A stretch of DNA of 64,000 bases from positions 1,984,001 to 2,048,000 of the forward strand of contig OZ251229.1 of the NCBI GenBank assembly GCA_965240325.2, written 5' to 3'. The notes below the pieces were generated by a model. That model ran no database searches. It saw nothing but the letters and a program-made list of their open reading frames with translations, and was not told the DNA's origin. This document shows, piece after piece, positions 47,421 through 59,799 of the stretch. A program made the translations under genes and the position numbers. The stretch's first letter is position 1, and each line of letters opens with the position of its first letter. Source of the stretch: Rebecca billardiae RCC1528 (Eukaryota; Protista; Haptophyta).

Positions 47421-49465
47421 ATATATGACCGCGTTCCGCGGTCCTTTTCCGTAGAACCAACGCAGTTGGGGGCCCGCGGCGCAGTGGTTGAGAATGAGAC
47501 CGTGACGTCGTCAATCCGCACGGTCTGGCGTCTGCCTGGCAGTCAGACAGGCCGAGCCGCACCGTCTCGGAGAGTGAGTGAGAGTCAGACCCGTCCGTCG
47601 GACTCGCGGCGCGTGAATGAATGGGCGCGCCGACGGCCAAGGGTGGCACGGGACACCAGCGGACGGGCCGCGCGGGGAAGCGGGGCGGCGCGCGCGCAGG
47701 GCGAGAGGCGCGGACGGGCCGCGCGGGGAAGCGGGGCGGCGCGCGTGCAGGGCGAGAGGCGCCGCGCGGCGCGGGCCGGCGCGTGCGCGCGCGCGCGCGC
47801 ACCTGCTTGAGGTGCTCGCGCTGCGCCATGCGCTCGACGAAGGGCCGCTGGTCGCTCAGCCGGCGCGCCTCGGGCCGGCATAGCGAGAGCGCGCGCCACT
47901 GCTGCCCGCCCACGCTGCGCAGCCACGCGCAGACCGAGCGGAGCTCGGGGTGGGACGAAGCGAGTGGCGTGTCGCGCCCGCCGCCAGGCGCACGCGTGCC
48001 CTGCTCCGCACCGCGCCGCCGTGCTCGCCCGCCGCCTGCTCCGCCGCGTCGGCCTCGAGGATGGCGGCGGCCAGCGGCAGGCTGAGCGGCGCGCGCTCGC
48101 CCACCGTAGCTTCGAGGGCCGTCCACACCTGCTCGAGCTGCTGCAGAGCGTGGACAAGGGCAGCGCGCGCGCCCAGCGCATCCGTGCCGCGTGACGCAGC
48201 GCGTCGAGCTCGGCGTCTCGCTTCGCCAGCTCGGCGCCCAGCGCCTCTGAGCGCACGCGTCGAGCTCGGCGTCGCGCTTTGCCAGCTCGGCGCCCAGCGC
48301 CTTCACGCGCACGTGCTCGTGTATCTGCGCGCACACGGCCTGCGCGCCGCCGCCCATCTGCGCGCGCAGACTCGGACTCGTCGCGGCTGGCTGCTAGGGA
48401 GTGCTAGGGTGCGCGCCGCGTAGTCGATGGCCAAGGCCTGCAGCCAGCGCGCCTGCACCGAGAAAAGAAGGCGCGGCACGCGCGCTATAACCCAGTCCAC
48501 GCAGACACGCGAGCGCGTGCTCGAGCGGCGGGCCGGGGCAACCGTCCACGTCGGCCGCGCGGGAGCCGCAGGTACTCTCGCGTGCCTGCGCGACGCAGCG
48601 CGCACGCACAGCGAAACGGGCGCGGGGTAGAATTCAGGAGAGCGCCGCCGCCGGCGCACCACCCCACCGAGAGTGCGCACATGCGCACGCCACGACATGG
48701 CACGACATGGCGCACGAGTCGGACGCAACGCCCGACAGACAGAAGCCTTCGACAATCCGCGCGCGCCCGCAAACGCGGCCGCGCGCGCGGGCGGGCGCGC
48801 GGGCGTGCGTGCGCCACCCGCGCGGGAGGCGCCCGCGGCCGCGCGGGCGGCGCGCGCGCGGCGCGCGCTCCGCGCGGTCGTCCACACCGATGGCGGTCGA
48901 TCGAGGGCGACGAGGGCTCGCCCCGTTTTTGGAGCGAGCGCGTGCCGCGCGCCCCCTGGCCCCCAACTGGGTATGATAATACCCACAATTACCCAAAATG
49001 ACCTTATGCCCCCAACACCGTTAGCGAGCCAATGTACTGATATGATAGACTGAACGAGAGTACCCACAAAGGGCCGGCGCGCCCGGGTTCGTCGCGCTGC
49101 TTTTTTTTACTATTCACAGTTAGAAGTGATCAAGTTTCCCGATCCCTTGCCTTGCCGTTTTTATCGGTTATGGCGGTTGGCGGCAATCTCATACTTAAAA
49201 TCGCGCTCGTAACGAACCGTTACACTAATGTCACGTCCAGCTGACGTCCAGATCGCACTTTACTTAAGGGAATCAGCTGGGCGCGGTTTTTTTTGGCCTG
49301 ATAGACCTCTCAATGCGATCTCAAAAACTCGAAACTCGGTCTCCGCCAGCCCTAAAAATCGCCCCCCGTCCCTTTTTTCTTGATCAAAGATCTTTTTGAA
49401 ACGTTGTTCGGGCCCGCTGGTGCGGGCTCCACGCTGCGCGCTCCGCCCTGCACCGCGGGCCATTA
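47421..49465 (-). mobile_element. Non-autonomous element H3 (subfamily A)
   Basis: Minus-strand 5' TAATGGCCCGCGGTG with ~260 bp matching H0. 3' block CCGCGGGCCCCCAACTGCGTTG...GACCGCGGAACGCGGTC-ATATATT matches the H0 3' end. Interior is unrelated to H0. Confidence 0.75.
47800..48460 (-). pseudogene. Intron-containing coiled-coil gene fragment inside H3
   Basis: AQIHEHVRVKALGAELAKRDAELDAL, QQLEQVWTALEATVG and FVERMAQREHLKQ|GT in shifting frames, with CAG/GT splice-like borders; 56-bp duplication at 48201-48302. Confidence 0.45.
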
Positions 49466-49489
49466 CTGCCGCCATCATGCAGCAGGGAG

Positions 49490-52400
49490 TCATGCCACGC
49501 ACTCCTGGCACAGGTCAGCGAACGGGTCGTACAGCTCCTGCGCCCATCGCTCCGGCCCCGCCTTCATCTCCTCGTCGATGAGGAGCGCGCTGAGCAGTGC
49601 CGCCTCGATCGAGCTGCGCGCCATTCGGCAGCCGATCACAGTGAGCTCGTTCTGCCTGTCCCCGTGCGGCTCGCGCCAGAGCGGCTGGATCGCCTCTTCC
49701 AGTCCAGCCGGCCAACGCTCGCGCCGGACACACGCCCACCACGGCGGGCCTGGCTCCAGCTGGAACGCAGCGCCCGCCAGCGAGATCCGCATCTGAGCGT
49801 CGTGCCGCGAGGCGAGCCAACCGATGCCGCGCACGCGCAGCACGCCTTCGAAGGGTGGCAGGCGGCGGGACGCAGCGTCCGCGAGCGCGGCGAGCCGCTC
49901 CGGGTGGAAGGGGCGCGCCGACTTGAACGCGAAGCTGCTCGGCCGTGCAGCCCCGTCCGCACACGCGGGCGGAGGCGCATTGGCCGGGCCCGGAGGCGCG
50001 GCGGCGCGCGCCGCCGCGGCGGGGGAGGTCGGATCCAGCCAGCCGCTGGGAGGAGGCGCGCCCTGCTGCCACTCGAGTACGCGCGCCTCGGGGTTGAGCG
50101 CGCGCGCGATCTGCGAGGCGAGGTCGAGCGCCCGGCGCGGCGCGCTCCCGGCCGGTGCCGGCTGGGCGTGCGCCATCAGGACAGTGTGAGCTGCCTCCAC
50201 ACTCTCAGCGAGCGCGGCGGCGGCGGGCCGCTCGGCGCACGGACCGCGCGCCCAGCCGCGCGCCTCGAGCGATGCGGGCGAGCGCAGGTCCGCCTCCAGG
50301 GCCGTCGAGTCGCCGAGCAGCGCGAGGACACGCACGTCCACGCCGCCCGTCGGCTGCGCCGGCTCCTCCCCATCCGCGCCGCCCTCCACGTCCTCCAGCG
50401 CTTCGCGCACGACGCTCAAGTCCGCGGCGCCGGGCGCGCACACCAGCACGCGCTCCCAGTCACCTCGGTCGATGAGCTGCGCGACCGCCGCGCGCCAGTC
50501 GTCGGCGAAGACGCACAGCGCACAGCCGTTTGGCAGCGGGGACACCGTGAGCGCTTCGGGCTCGGGCGGCGGTGCTGGTGTGGCGCTGGCCGGTGCTGCC
50601 GTTGCTGCTGCTGCAGCGGCGGCGGCGGCGGCGGCGGCGGCGGCAGCGGCCGCTGCCGCAGGCGGTGGCCCAGGCGACGCAGCAGCCGCCGCCTCGGACA
50701 GCAACGCTGCCATGTCCTGCGGCACGACGAGGGCGATGCGCAGGCCGTCGGGTGCGCGCGCGACGCTGCGCAACAGCGCCTCGCCGCCAGCGTACGGCAG
50801 CGCCACGAGGATGCTGACGCACACACGCCGTTTGTCAAGCTGCGCCGCCGGGCGCGAGCGCCCGCGGCCGGCGCCAGGCACGGCGGCGGCGGCTCCCGTT
50901 GGGTCTCCAGCGGCGACGTCGCCGCCGTCAAGGGCGGGGGTCGCAGGCAGGGAAGGGCGCGCAGCGACGCCGACCTGCGCCGGTGCGGCCGCGCCGGTTG
51001 TAGCGACGACTGCCGCTGCCGCTGCGGCCGCCGCTGCTGCCGCGGTCGCCGCGGCCGCCGCGGCCTCGGCGGCGCGTTGCGCGGCGGCAGCGGCCTCGGC
51101 AGCAGCGGCAGCTGCAGCGTGAGACGCAGCGGCCGGCGGCGGTGCGGGAGCAGTGGCGGGCCCCAGGGGCGCGCTCCCGTCAGGTGCGGACGCTGCCGAT
51201 GGCTGAGAAGGGGCAGCGGACGGCCCTCCGTCGTCCGGACTCGGGCCAGACGCTTCCGCCGCCGCGGCCGCGGCCGCGCGCCCAGCGCCAGGCTCGGGTG
51301 CCGGCCCCGTGCAAACGCCGACGGTCGGCCCGATCTCAGCGCCAGGCTGCAGCGCCCCCGTCCACTCCTGGCCGAACACGCCGCCCCACTTGACGGGGAG
51401 CGCGCGCGCGCGCGCCGCGCCCGCGAGCTGGATCGCCATCTGCCGCAGCGCACCGAGCGCCGGTCCGTCCGCCCGCAGCGCCGCGCTCGCGCGCGGCCAG
51501 GTGTACCAGTCGTAACCGTCTTCGTCGTCGGTTACGTCGGCATCCTCGAGCGGGCCTGGCGGCGGCGGCTCGCGCGCGTAGACGGCGTACACGCGCGTGG
51601 GCTGGGGCGCAGCAGTCGCCTCCGGCGCGTACAGCGCGACGGGCAGCACGGCGGGCAGCGGGAGCAGCTCAGTCCGGGCGTCTATGCCGCACAGCTCTTC
51701 TGCGGCGCGCAGCGCGGCGGCGCCGTCCGTCTCGCCCGGCGCCGCGCGCACGGAGGGGATGCGCATGCCTCGCCACGCGGGCGGCGTGGCGAGCGAGCGA
51801 ACGAGCACGCACCGGCTGCCGCGCAGAATCAGCACGCCCACGTGGCCCGCGGCGCTGACCCCGTCCTCGCGTGCGGGCGCGGTGGCCGAGTCGTCGGGCG
51901 TCGGCTCCGCATCGCGAACGCGCTCGTCCGGCTGCGGTCGCCGCACGGCGGCTGCCGCCTCGTGCCGGCGCAGCTCGGCGGAGAGCGGCGCCGTGAGGTC
52001 GGTCACGCTGAGCTCGTACTGCTTGCTCACGCGCGACATCTCAACCACGATCTCGCCCAGCCAGACGGTGCGGCCCATCTCGTCCGCAGCATCAGGATCG
52101 AACTCAGCTGCCACGGCCCCGGCCCCGCGGCTCACGTCATCGCCTCCGCCCGTGGCGAGCGCGAGGGCGGAGAGCCACGGGCTCTCGCCGGCGTCGACGC
52201 GCGAGTCGCCGACAGGGAGCGCGTGCCGCAGCGCTGCGTCGCGCCGCTCGCATGCCTCGGCGGAGTCGTAGAGCACGTCGACGGGCGGCGCGGCCGCGGA
52301 GCCCTCAGCCCGTAGCAGCGCGTTCACACACGCGGCCCCGACGCGCGGGTGGAGCAGGACGGCTCGGCGCACGCTGCCCGGGGGCAGGCAGCGGCCGCTG

Positions 52401-52843
52401 GCAGCACAGAGTAGCTTGAGCACAAGCTGCGCCGCCGAGCCGTGCGCGAGCAGCGTCGCGCCGCGCAGGAAGAGCTTCTCCAGCGCGCGCGTCAATGGCT
52501 TCCCGATGGCCTTGCCCATGTCTGCGTGCGCGCACTCCGCGTTGATCGCGGCGTCGGCAGAGGGTCCGGCCTCCGCGACAAGGCGTGAGATGTCTACGAC
52601 AATGATGGGCGGCGGCGGCGGCCCATTGTTGCCCTCGCGCAGGAGCGCGCGCTGCGCGGCCGCAGCGTACGCGCACAGCAGGTGCTCGGCGTCACCTTCG
52701 GAGCCGCGCGCCGTGTGCAGGATGACGACCGCGTTCGCGAGAGCATCCGGCGTGCCCCTCAGCGCGGCATACCCCGCGTTCGCAAAGTAGTACTGTGGCG
52801 CGGCCCACGTCTCCCTGTCGGCAGCGCGAGCCTTGCGCGACAT
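49490..52843 (-). CDS. Multidomain protein: uncharacterised N-terminal domain + NUDIX-like domain + degenerate COG0523/CobW GTPase domain + CobW_C
   Basis: NUDIX-like GETDGAAALRAAEELCG; CobW-like GLRIALVV, LPNGCALC, IARALNPEARV; CobW_C SSFAFKSARPFHPERL..GVLRVRGIGWLASR..HGDRQNELTVIG. Confidence 0.8.
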   Translation of the reverse strand: MSRKARAADRETWAAPQYYFANAGYAALRGTPDALANAVVILHTARGSEGDAEHLLCAYAAAAQRALLREGNNGPPPPPIIVVDISRLVAEAGPSADAAINAECAHADMGKAIGKPLTRALEKLFLRGATLLAHGSAAQLVLKLLCAASGRCLPPGSVRRAVLLHPRVGAACVNALLRAEGSAAAPPVDVLYDSAEACERRDAALRHALPVGDSRVDAGESPWLSALALATGGGDDVSRGAGAVAAEFDPDAADEMGRTVWLGEIVVEMSRVSKQYELSVTDLTAPLSAELRRHEAAAAVRRPQPDERVRDAEPTPDDSATAPAREDGVSAAGHVGVLILRGSRCVLVRSLATPPAWRGMRIPSVRAAPGETDGAAALRAAEELCGIDARTELLPLPAVLPVALYAPEATAAPQPTRVYAVYAREPPPPGPLEDADVTDDEDGYDWYTWPRASAALRADGPALGALRQMAIQLAGAARARALPVKWGGVFGQEWTGALQPGAEIGPTVGVCTGPAPEPGAGRAAAAAAAEASGPSPDDGGPSAAPSQPSAASAPDGSAPLGPATAPAPPPAAASHAAAAAAAEAAAAAQRAAEAAAAAATAAAAAAAAAAAVVATTGAAAPAQVGVAARPSLPATPALDGGDVAAGDPTGAAAAVPGAGRGRSRPAAQLDKRRVCVSILVALPYAGGEALLRSVARAPDGLRIALVVPQDMAALLSEAAAAASPGPPPAAAAAAAAAAAAAAAAAAATAAPASATPAPPPEPEALTVSPLPNGCALCVFADDWRAAVAQLIDRGDWERVLVCAPGAADLSVVREALEDVEGGADGEEPAQPTGGVDVRVLALLGDSTALEADLRSPASLEARGWARGPCAERPAAAALAESVEAAHTVLMAHAQPAPAGSAPRRALDLASQIARALNPEARVLEWQQGAPPPSGWLDPTSPAAAARAAAPPGPANAPPPACADGAARPSSFAFKSARPFHPERLAALADAASRRLPPFEGVLRVRGIGWLASRHDAQMRISLAGAAFQLEPGPPWWACVRRERWPAGLEEAIQPLWREPHGDRQNELTVIGCRMARSSIEAALLSALLIDEEMKAGPERWAQELYDPFADLCQECVA

Positions 52844-53080
52844 CGCGCGCGGCCGGCCACGTGCACTGCTCAATCGGCGGTCCAAGCGGTCACTGCTCAC
52901 GAGTGGACGCAAGGAGTCCGGGTGTCAGAATGCGAGAAGGCGCTCCAGACGATCGTCAACTTCACAACTTGCTGTGCACAAGCTTGCGGGGCAGGAGGAC
53001 TGGAGGAGGCTGTATCGGGCTACCATATCCCGATCGGCCCCGCGTGCCCACCGCCCAACCGCTGGACGTCGCGCTGCGCG

Positions 53081-55816
53081 ATGTCGACGGAGCTGTCGAA
53101 CGGCGCGCCTCGGCAGGACCCGTGTTGCGAGCGCAAGGTGCTCATTCCAAGGGAGCTCGTCGAGGCCGCTCGGAGCACGTCGCGCCAGAGCGCGTGCTCG
53201 GACAATGCCCCGGCCGCGGTTGCGTGCGGCCCAGACGCCACGGACTTCCAGAAGGCGAGCTGCGAGCGCGGATCAGAGGGCTGCAGGCCGTCCGAAGGCC
53301 CTGGGCCAGAGCAACCGGCCAGCGCCGCCTGCCAGAAGGGCTGCTGCGAGCGCGAGGCCGTTCCCGTGCCCGAGGCGACGGCTGATGCAGGCGGGTGTGA
53401 CAGCGGCTGCTGCGATCGCGCACCCGCGCCGCCGCCGACGGCGGCCGTCTCCGACGCGGCCGGCTGCCAAAAGGGGTGCTGCAAGCTCGAGGCGACACCG
53501 CTTGCGCCCGCCAAGCCAGCAGCGCCAGCGGGCGGGTGCTGCGAGCGCGGCGAGTGCGGGAACCGAGGCGAGGTGGACGGCCCTCGCCCGCACGCGAGCG
53601 GCGCGCCTGGCGGCACTGACGGCGGCTGCGTGCAGGGCTGCTGCGCCGGCAAGGGCGGGGCGGCGGGCGGCGACGACGGCGCTCCCTCGGACATGGAGTC
53701 CGACGCGGCCTCGTTCCACGACTGCGCAGAGGACATCCACGCCGAACCGCCGCGCGCCGTCGCGAGCAAGGGCTCGGCAGCGGCGCCCATACTGATGACT
53801 CGCTCTCACGTGGCCGTGGCCGTGGGCGAAGATGCGGACGGCAGCTCGCGCCAGTGCTCGGCGTGCACGGACGCCCCGGGCGCGGTGCCGCACGAGATCA
53901 CGCGCACCGCGCTGCGCGTGCGCAACATCTGCTGCGACGCGGAGGTCCGGCTGATCGAGCGGCTGCTCAAGCCTCTGCGCTCGGTCGAGGCCGTCGATGT
54001 CAACGCGGTCTCCAAGATGGTCTTCGTCTCGCACTGCGTCGCGGAGTGCTGCCTCGGGCCCGAGCGGATCGTGAGCACGCTGAACGACGCGCAGCTCGGC
54101 GCGAGCCTCGCGCTCGGCGCGCACGCCGGCGCCGACGACGACGCCGACGGCTCTCCGCGCACGCTCGGCGAGGTCCTCGTCGCGCGCGCGCCGCTCGCAC
54201 ACGCCGCGCTGCTGTGGCTGCTGCTTCTGGTAGGCGTGGCGTGCGAGGCGGCGGCGGGCGCGGCGGCCTCGCGCCTCGTGCTGGTAGGCTGCGCGGCGCT
54301 CGGCGCGATGCCGCTGCTCACGGCCATCGTGCGCGCCGCCGCGCTCTCGCGCGCGCCGCGCCTCGACATGCGCGCGCTCATGCTCGTCGCGGTCGTTGGC
54401 GCCGTGCTGCTCGGCGAGGCAACAGACGCGGCGCTCCTCGTCACGCTGTACGCGAGCGCGCAGCTCGTGGAGCACGCGGTGATGGCGCGGGTCGAGCGGA
54501 TGCTGCGCGTGGCGTCGCACCTCTCCTCGCCCGTGCTCGCCACCCTCGCCTCCACCTCCGCCGCCGTGCCCCTCGCCGAGCTGCGCGCGGGCGATGAGAT
54601 TGCCGTGCGCGCGGGCGAGCAGCTGCCTGTTGACGGCCGCGTCGCGCGCGGCGTGGCCGTCGTGTCCGAGGCGGCGGTGACGGGCGAGCACGAGCCGCTG
54701 CGCAAGGGGCCGGGCGACGCGGTGCTCTCGGGCTCGCTCGTGCTCACCGGCTACGCCGAGGTCCGCCTCGACGCGCCCGCCGCCGGCTCGGGCCTCGCGC
54801 GCATCGAGCTACTGGTCGCTGAGGCGCAGGCACAGCGCTCGCCCGCACAGGCGGCGGTCGACGCCTTCGCCGCGTGGTGGACGCCCGCCGTGCTGGTCGC
54901 GGCGCTGGGCGTCACGCTGGGCCCCACGCTCGTCGGCGGCGCGCCGATCGGTGCGAACGCGCGCGCCACGCTCACCCTCCTCCTCCTCGCGTGCCCGTGC
55001 GCGCTCGTCTTTGCCACCCCCGTGCCCACAATGGCTGCTATCGCGAGCGCTGCGGGCCATGGGGTTCTCTTTAAGAGCGCCGAGGCTCTGGAGCGGCTGG
55101 CGGCGGTGGGCGCGCTCGCGGTGGACAAGACGGGGACGCTGACGACGGGGCACTTCGCCGTCGTCGCCTCCGAGCGCCCGCCCTTCGCCGCCGCGTCCGA
55201 GAGCCCGGCGGCCGCGGTCAAGCGCGCACTCACGCTCGCGGCCGCAGTCGAGACGCGCTCGGCGCACCCGCTGTCTCACGCCATCGTCGCCGAGGCGGTG
55301 GGCTGCGCCGCCGAGGCCGCGGAGAGCGGCACGTCGCTCCCGCGCGCCGAGCGCTTCCGCTCGATCGAGGGCGTGGGCGTGCAGGCGGACGTCGAGCTGC
55401 CGCCGCCCGCCGCCGCCGGCGCGCCGCCCGCCGGCGCTGCCGAGCAGGTCACGGTCGTCGTCGGCAACGCGCGCGCTCTCGACTGGGCTGGGTGCCTGCC
55501 GCACGCGAAGGCGTGGTTCGCCGAGTTCAGCGCGCGGCACGCGGACGACGCGGTGCTCGTCGTCGTCGTCGACGAGGAGCCCGAGCTCGCCCTCGCGCTC
55601 AACGACTCGGTCCGGCCGGGCGCCGCGGAGGCGATCAGCACACTCCGCGCCCAGGGCGTGCCGACGACAATGCTCACAGGCGCGAGCGCCGCTTCAGCGA
55701 CGCCGCTCGCCGGCCGCCTCGGCCTCGACGGCTGCCACTCGGCGATGCTGCCCTCGGACAAGGCGGCGTGGGTGGCGAAGGCCGTCGCCGAGACGCGCGG
55801 CGGCGTCGCGATGCTC

Positions 55817-55848
<32 letters not shown>

Positions 55849-56386
55849 GCTCGCCACCGTCGGCGTCGCGATGGGCGCGTCCGGCACCGCGCTCGCCAGC
55901 CGCTCCGCGCACGTCGTGCTGCTCGACGAGCACCTCGAGCGGCTGCCGCAGGCGGTGCGGCTCGCGCGGCGCACGCGCGCGCTCGTGCGCGTGAACATCG
56001 CCCTCGCCATCGGCGTCAAGATCGTCGCCGCCGCGCTCACCCTCGCCGGGGCGCTGCGGCTGTACATGGCGGTGATGGTCGATCTCGGCTCTCTCCTCCT
56101 CGTGCTCGGCGTGGGCACGACCGCGCTCGCGCCCGGCATGTGGGGGGCGAGCGGCGTTTCGGCACGCGCCGGCGCGCGCGGCGCGTGGTGGCCGCTGCGC
56201 GGCCTGCGCCGCCTGTCCTCGCTGCGTGAGCCGCTGCTCGATCTGGAGAGCGCGGGCGCGGCGCGCGCCGATGGCGCAGCGGTGCCACTGGCAGTGTCCC
56301 ACCCGCCTGTGACCGCACAGCTCCCATTCGCCGCTGGCGGAGGCGTCACGCCACCCGTCGCCTCTGGCAAGGCGGTTCTGCTCTGA
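53081..56386 (+). CDS. P1B-2 type heavy-metal (Zn/Cd) transporting ATPase with a Cys-rich N-terminus
   Basis: HMA domain NICCDAE (plant HMA2/4-type CCxxE), [30 protein letters not shown] Lys (GVK) and Asp (VDLG) typical of P1B-2. Confidence 0.95.
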
Positions 56387-56417
56387 GCCTAAGATGGCGC
56401 GCATCAGTACTCTGCCT

Positions 56418-56566
<149 letters not shown>

Positions 56567-56622
56567 ACGTCGTAGAGAACATTCAGCGTAGGAGCAATCA
56601 TCACATCGTCGTCGCATCGTCG

Positions 56623-58059
56623 TCAGACGACATCATCACGCATGAGCAACATGACGAGGGCCTCCCCCACAGAGTCAGGCTGGCGTTTCAGCCGGCCGTG
56701 ACGATCGTGTCGTCGATCATAAGCGCTGGCGTCGCCGTGGTGTCCACCGCCGCCTGCGCTGTTGACGGCGGGTGAGGGTGGCGATGGCAGGCCGAAGGAG
56801 ACAGCCGACGCGCTCCCGTGGTCGTACAAGTACAGCTCGCCGAGCTGGCCGGGCGGAAGGAGGGCCGCGGCCGAGTGGTCGTCCGCCGCGGGCGGGGCGT
56901 ATCCGGCGGACGCGCAATCGTCCGGGGCCGCGGAGCCGGCGGTGTGAGTGTCGTGGCCGCGCGAGCTGTCTGCGCCCCGCTCGTCCTTGGCAGCCCGCCC
57001 GCCGCAGACCAGGTTGACAGACGCGCCGTGCGCGCAGTACACGAGCAGCTGCGTGGTGTCCGTCACCGGGTCGTTCAGCGTCCACATGGACGAGCAGATC
57101 GCCTCGCGGTTGGGGCGGAAGCACTTTGCCCATCCGCCAAGCACGTGCGCGCTGCTCCCCGCGAGCGCCTGCACGTCCAGGGTGACGTGCGCGCCCGCCG
57201 AGATCGACTCGGCGTGCGAGTGGCCGAAGCCCACGCACACGTCTCGCTGGCCCGACGTGTGCCACGCGAAGCCGCGAGCGCACATGTCTGCCCATGGGCC
57301 GCCATGGAAGCCGAACGCCCGGATGGATCGGCGGTCGCGCACGCCCCCGCGGCTCAGGTGACCGCCAACGCCCGCCGCTCGGCACCACGGCTCGTGGCTC
57401 GCGGTCAGCACGAGAGGGTCTGCGCCGAGCGGAAAGGTGACGTTGAACTCGTCGCCACGGGCGCTGTGGTCGGTCGCCCCGGCCCACCCGTCGGCCGCAC
57501 CGGCCCCGCCGCGAATGCGCGGCAGCAGCAGCAGGACGCACGCGGCCGCACCGCCGCCCAGCACGAGGAGAAGTACACACAGCGCGCTGGCGACGCACAC
57601 GGCCGAGTATCGGCGCGCTGGGCGTGCCGGTTCGTGCGGAGAGGGCTTGGCCCAATTCGACTGCTGCTGCGCCGAGACCGTTGGCATCACCGGATCGGGC
57701 CCGTCTGCGAGTCTTGCGACTCGCGCTGCGAGCACCGCCGCGATGCTGTGCTTGCCGTCAATTTGCCAGGCAGGATCTGGCGTGACACATGGCTCGGGCG
57801 TGAGCTCGCCACTTGGGAAAGATGAAAGATGGTCGCGAGCGGCGCCATGTTCCCTTGGCACGCGCAGGTGATATGAGCTCGTGTTCTGGGCGTGTGGGTC
57901 ACTGCCTCCACTGTGGGCACTCGGCTCAGGCGCGGGAGCCGCCTCACCTGCCGGCGCCTCGGCTTGAGCAACGTCGCCAGAGGGCTGGATGGAATCAGCT
58001 ACCGGGCCAGCCCACACGGGGGCCGCGAGGACCGCGCGCCCCGTCATCCGAAGGCGCAC
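56623..58059 (-). CDS. Hypothetical single-pass membrane protein (start possibly ATG 57687)
   Basis: Long GC3-rich ORF; TM segment [27 protein letters not shown] followed by a Cys/His/Trp-containing domain. Confidence 0.6.
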   Translation of the reverse strand: MRLRMTGRAVLAAPVWAGPVADSIQPSGDVAQAEAPAGEAAPAPEPSAHSGGSDPHAQNTSSYHLRVPREHGAARDHLSSFPSGELTPEPCVTPDPAWQIDGKHSIAAVLAARVARLADGPDPVMPTVSAQQQSNWAKPSPHEPARPARRYSAVCVASALCVLLLVLGGGAAACVLLLLPRIRGGAGAADGWAGATDHSARGDEFNVTFPLGADPLVLTASHEPWCRAAGVGGHLSRGGVRDRRSIRAFGFHGGPWADMCARGFAWHTSGQRDVCVGFGHSHAESISAGAHVTLDVQALAGSSAHVLGGWAKCFRPNREAICSSMWTLNDPVTDTTQLLVYCAHGASVNLVCGGRAAKDERGADSSRGHDTHTAGSAAPDDCASAGYAPPAADDHSAAALLPPGQLGELYLYDHGSASAVSFGLPSPPSPAVNSAGGGGHHGDASAYDRRHDRHGRLKRQPDSVGEALVMLLMRDDVV

Positions 58060-59799
58060 GGTCGGTGGCCGGCTTCACGCCCGCCGATGTGTTGGCGCCT
58101 CTCCAGGGAGGCGACTTCGGCTGGTTTCCGTGCCCCTTGCCCGTTCATGCCTTCATGGTGCCTTTTTAATGACAGCCCATTTACCTGCCGCCGGGCGACG
58201 CCTCGCCGCTCGCCGCCTCGGAAGGTCGGAATGTTGCGGCTTGATGCAGCGGAATCTCGCGCGAATCTGACAGTAGTAGATCGCCGATCGAGACTCGAGA
58301 GCAGGCCGCCTCGCGCGCCCGTCGTCGGCGTGGCGTCCGTGCGTCCGGAAATCGGAATCCTCCCGCCGGACCGAAACTCGAATTCACCCCTCGCGGAGAG
58401 AAAACCAGGATCCATGCGTACAGTTTACTAAGAATAAGAGACGCACACAGCTCAGGCACAGTACTCGTAGGCTGTCGCCCTGTGCGGTGTGCGACCTCAT
58501 GTCCTCACCACTGCCCGCTCATGTGAGTATATGTCATGTCGCCGGCGGCGCAGACCAGTGCCGGCGGTGCCAGTGACACTGCAATTGTGCAAGGTCGACT
58601 GAGGAGTGAGGACGACAGTGTCAGTGTGCACTGCGTGGGCAGCGCGACGATCGACCCGCGGACTGTACGTCGGTACGATGCTGGCTCGGCGGGTTTCTAG
58701 TTGCTCCTGCTAGTGGTAGGCTCTGGCTCCGGTTGACCCCTGATGCCAGTCCGGTCATAGAAACCGGGCGTACGCTGCCGAAAATGATCTTCGCATTCCT
58801 GCGGCCGAATGAACGCCCGAAGTGTCCCACAGGGCCCGCCACTCAGTAGGGACCGACTACGGGGTTGCTAATGCTATGTCAGATGATGGCCAATAAGTGC
58901 ACAGGGTGTGAAACTCAGTTCGTGACTAGCAGCCTTACTTCAGACTCTATTTTCGTAGCTATTTACCCAGTCCGGTGCGGACATGTTTCCAATAACTACG
59001 GGTGCATCCGGATCGCTCCCGGACCGTGTTCTGACCAGCAGACTGTCTGAAATGACCGCAGACTGAAATGCTGAGCCACTGTGATGGGTTTCAAATACAC
59101 TAGTAAAAACAGAGTCTGAACCGTCAGTCAGTCAGCTAGGAAGTGCTTGTTGGCCCAATATCCGGCTCTGAAGTCATCAATCATCATCGTCTAGGCATCC
59201 ATTGCTGTCCTCCTGTGCAGTTTTCACGAGTGACTTCATGAAGTCTGAGCTCACAGTGAATAGCTTGATGCCAGTCAATCATTGGCTTAGCTATCTGAAT
59301 TATTCAGTGGCACCGCGAATCACTGATCGGTGAGTGAGTAGTGATCCGTGGCAGCGGAGGTCTAAACCGAAGCCAGAGCCTGCGTCAGCCGCGGTAGCGG
59401 ACACCGTATGCCAGTGCCACAGCTGGCACCGGGTCACTGGCACTTCAAAATCAAATGCTCGACCGTCGATACGGGCGGCGGTGCGTTTGTTTGGCGTTGC
59501 GCACACTGACGCGCGAGGCCCGAGGGCCCCGAGGCGGCGCCTGAGGCGCGGCCGAGGCCGTAAGGCCCGGACGCCCGGCGAACAAGTCACATTCACAAGC
59601 AGCAGTCATTATTAGCTCGTGGGCCCGCTCCTCCACGCCGCAAGTATAATCCTGCACTCGGCCAATACGTCGGTGAAGCCAATCTCCACCGGGGCATGTC
59701 CGTCATCGGGGCTCCGGAGACGTCAGAAGCCTTTCTCGCCCTCCGGCTTCAAGCCGATCCGCCTCGACAATCGCAGGTGGTCCCGCATCAGCCGTTTGC

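Noticed and set aside
49664-55540. Long antisense or alternate-frame ORFs (e.g. 49664-52315+, 53273-54691-) and similar Arg/Ala-rich ORFs throughout
   Set aside because: Shadow ORFs caused by high GC content opposite real genes; no motifs.
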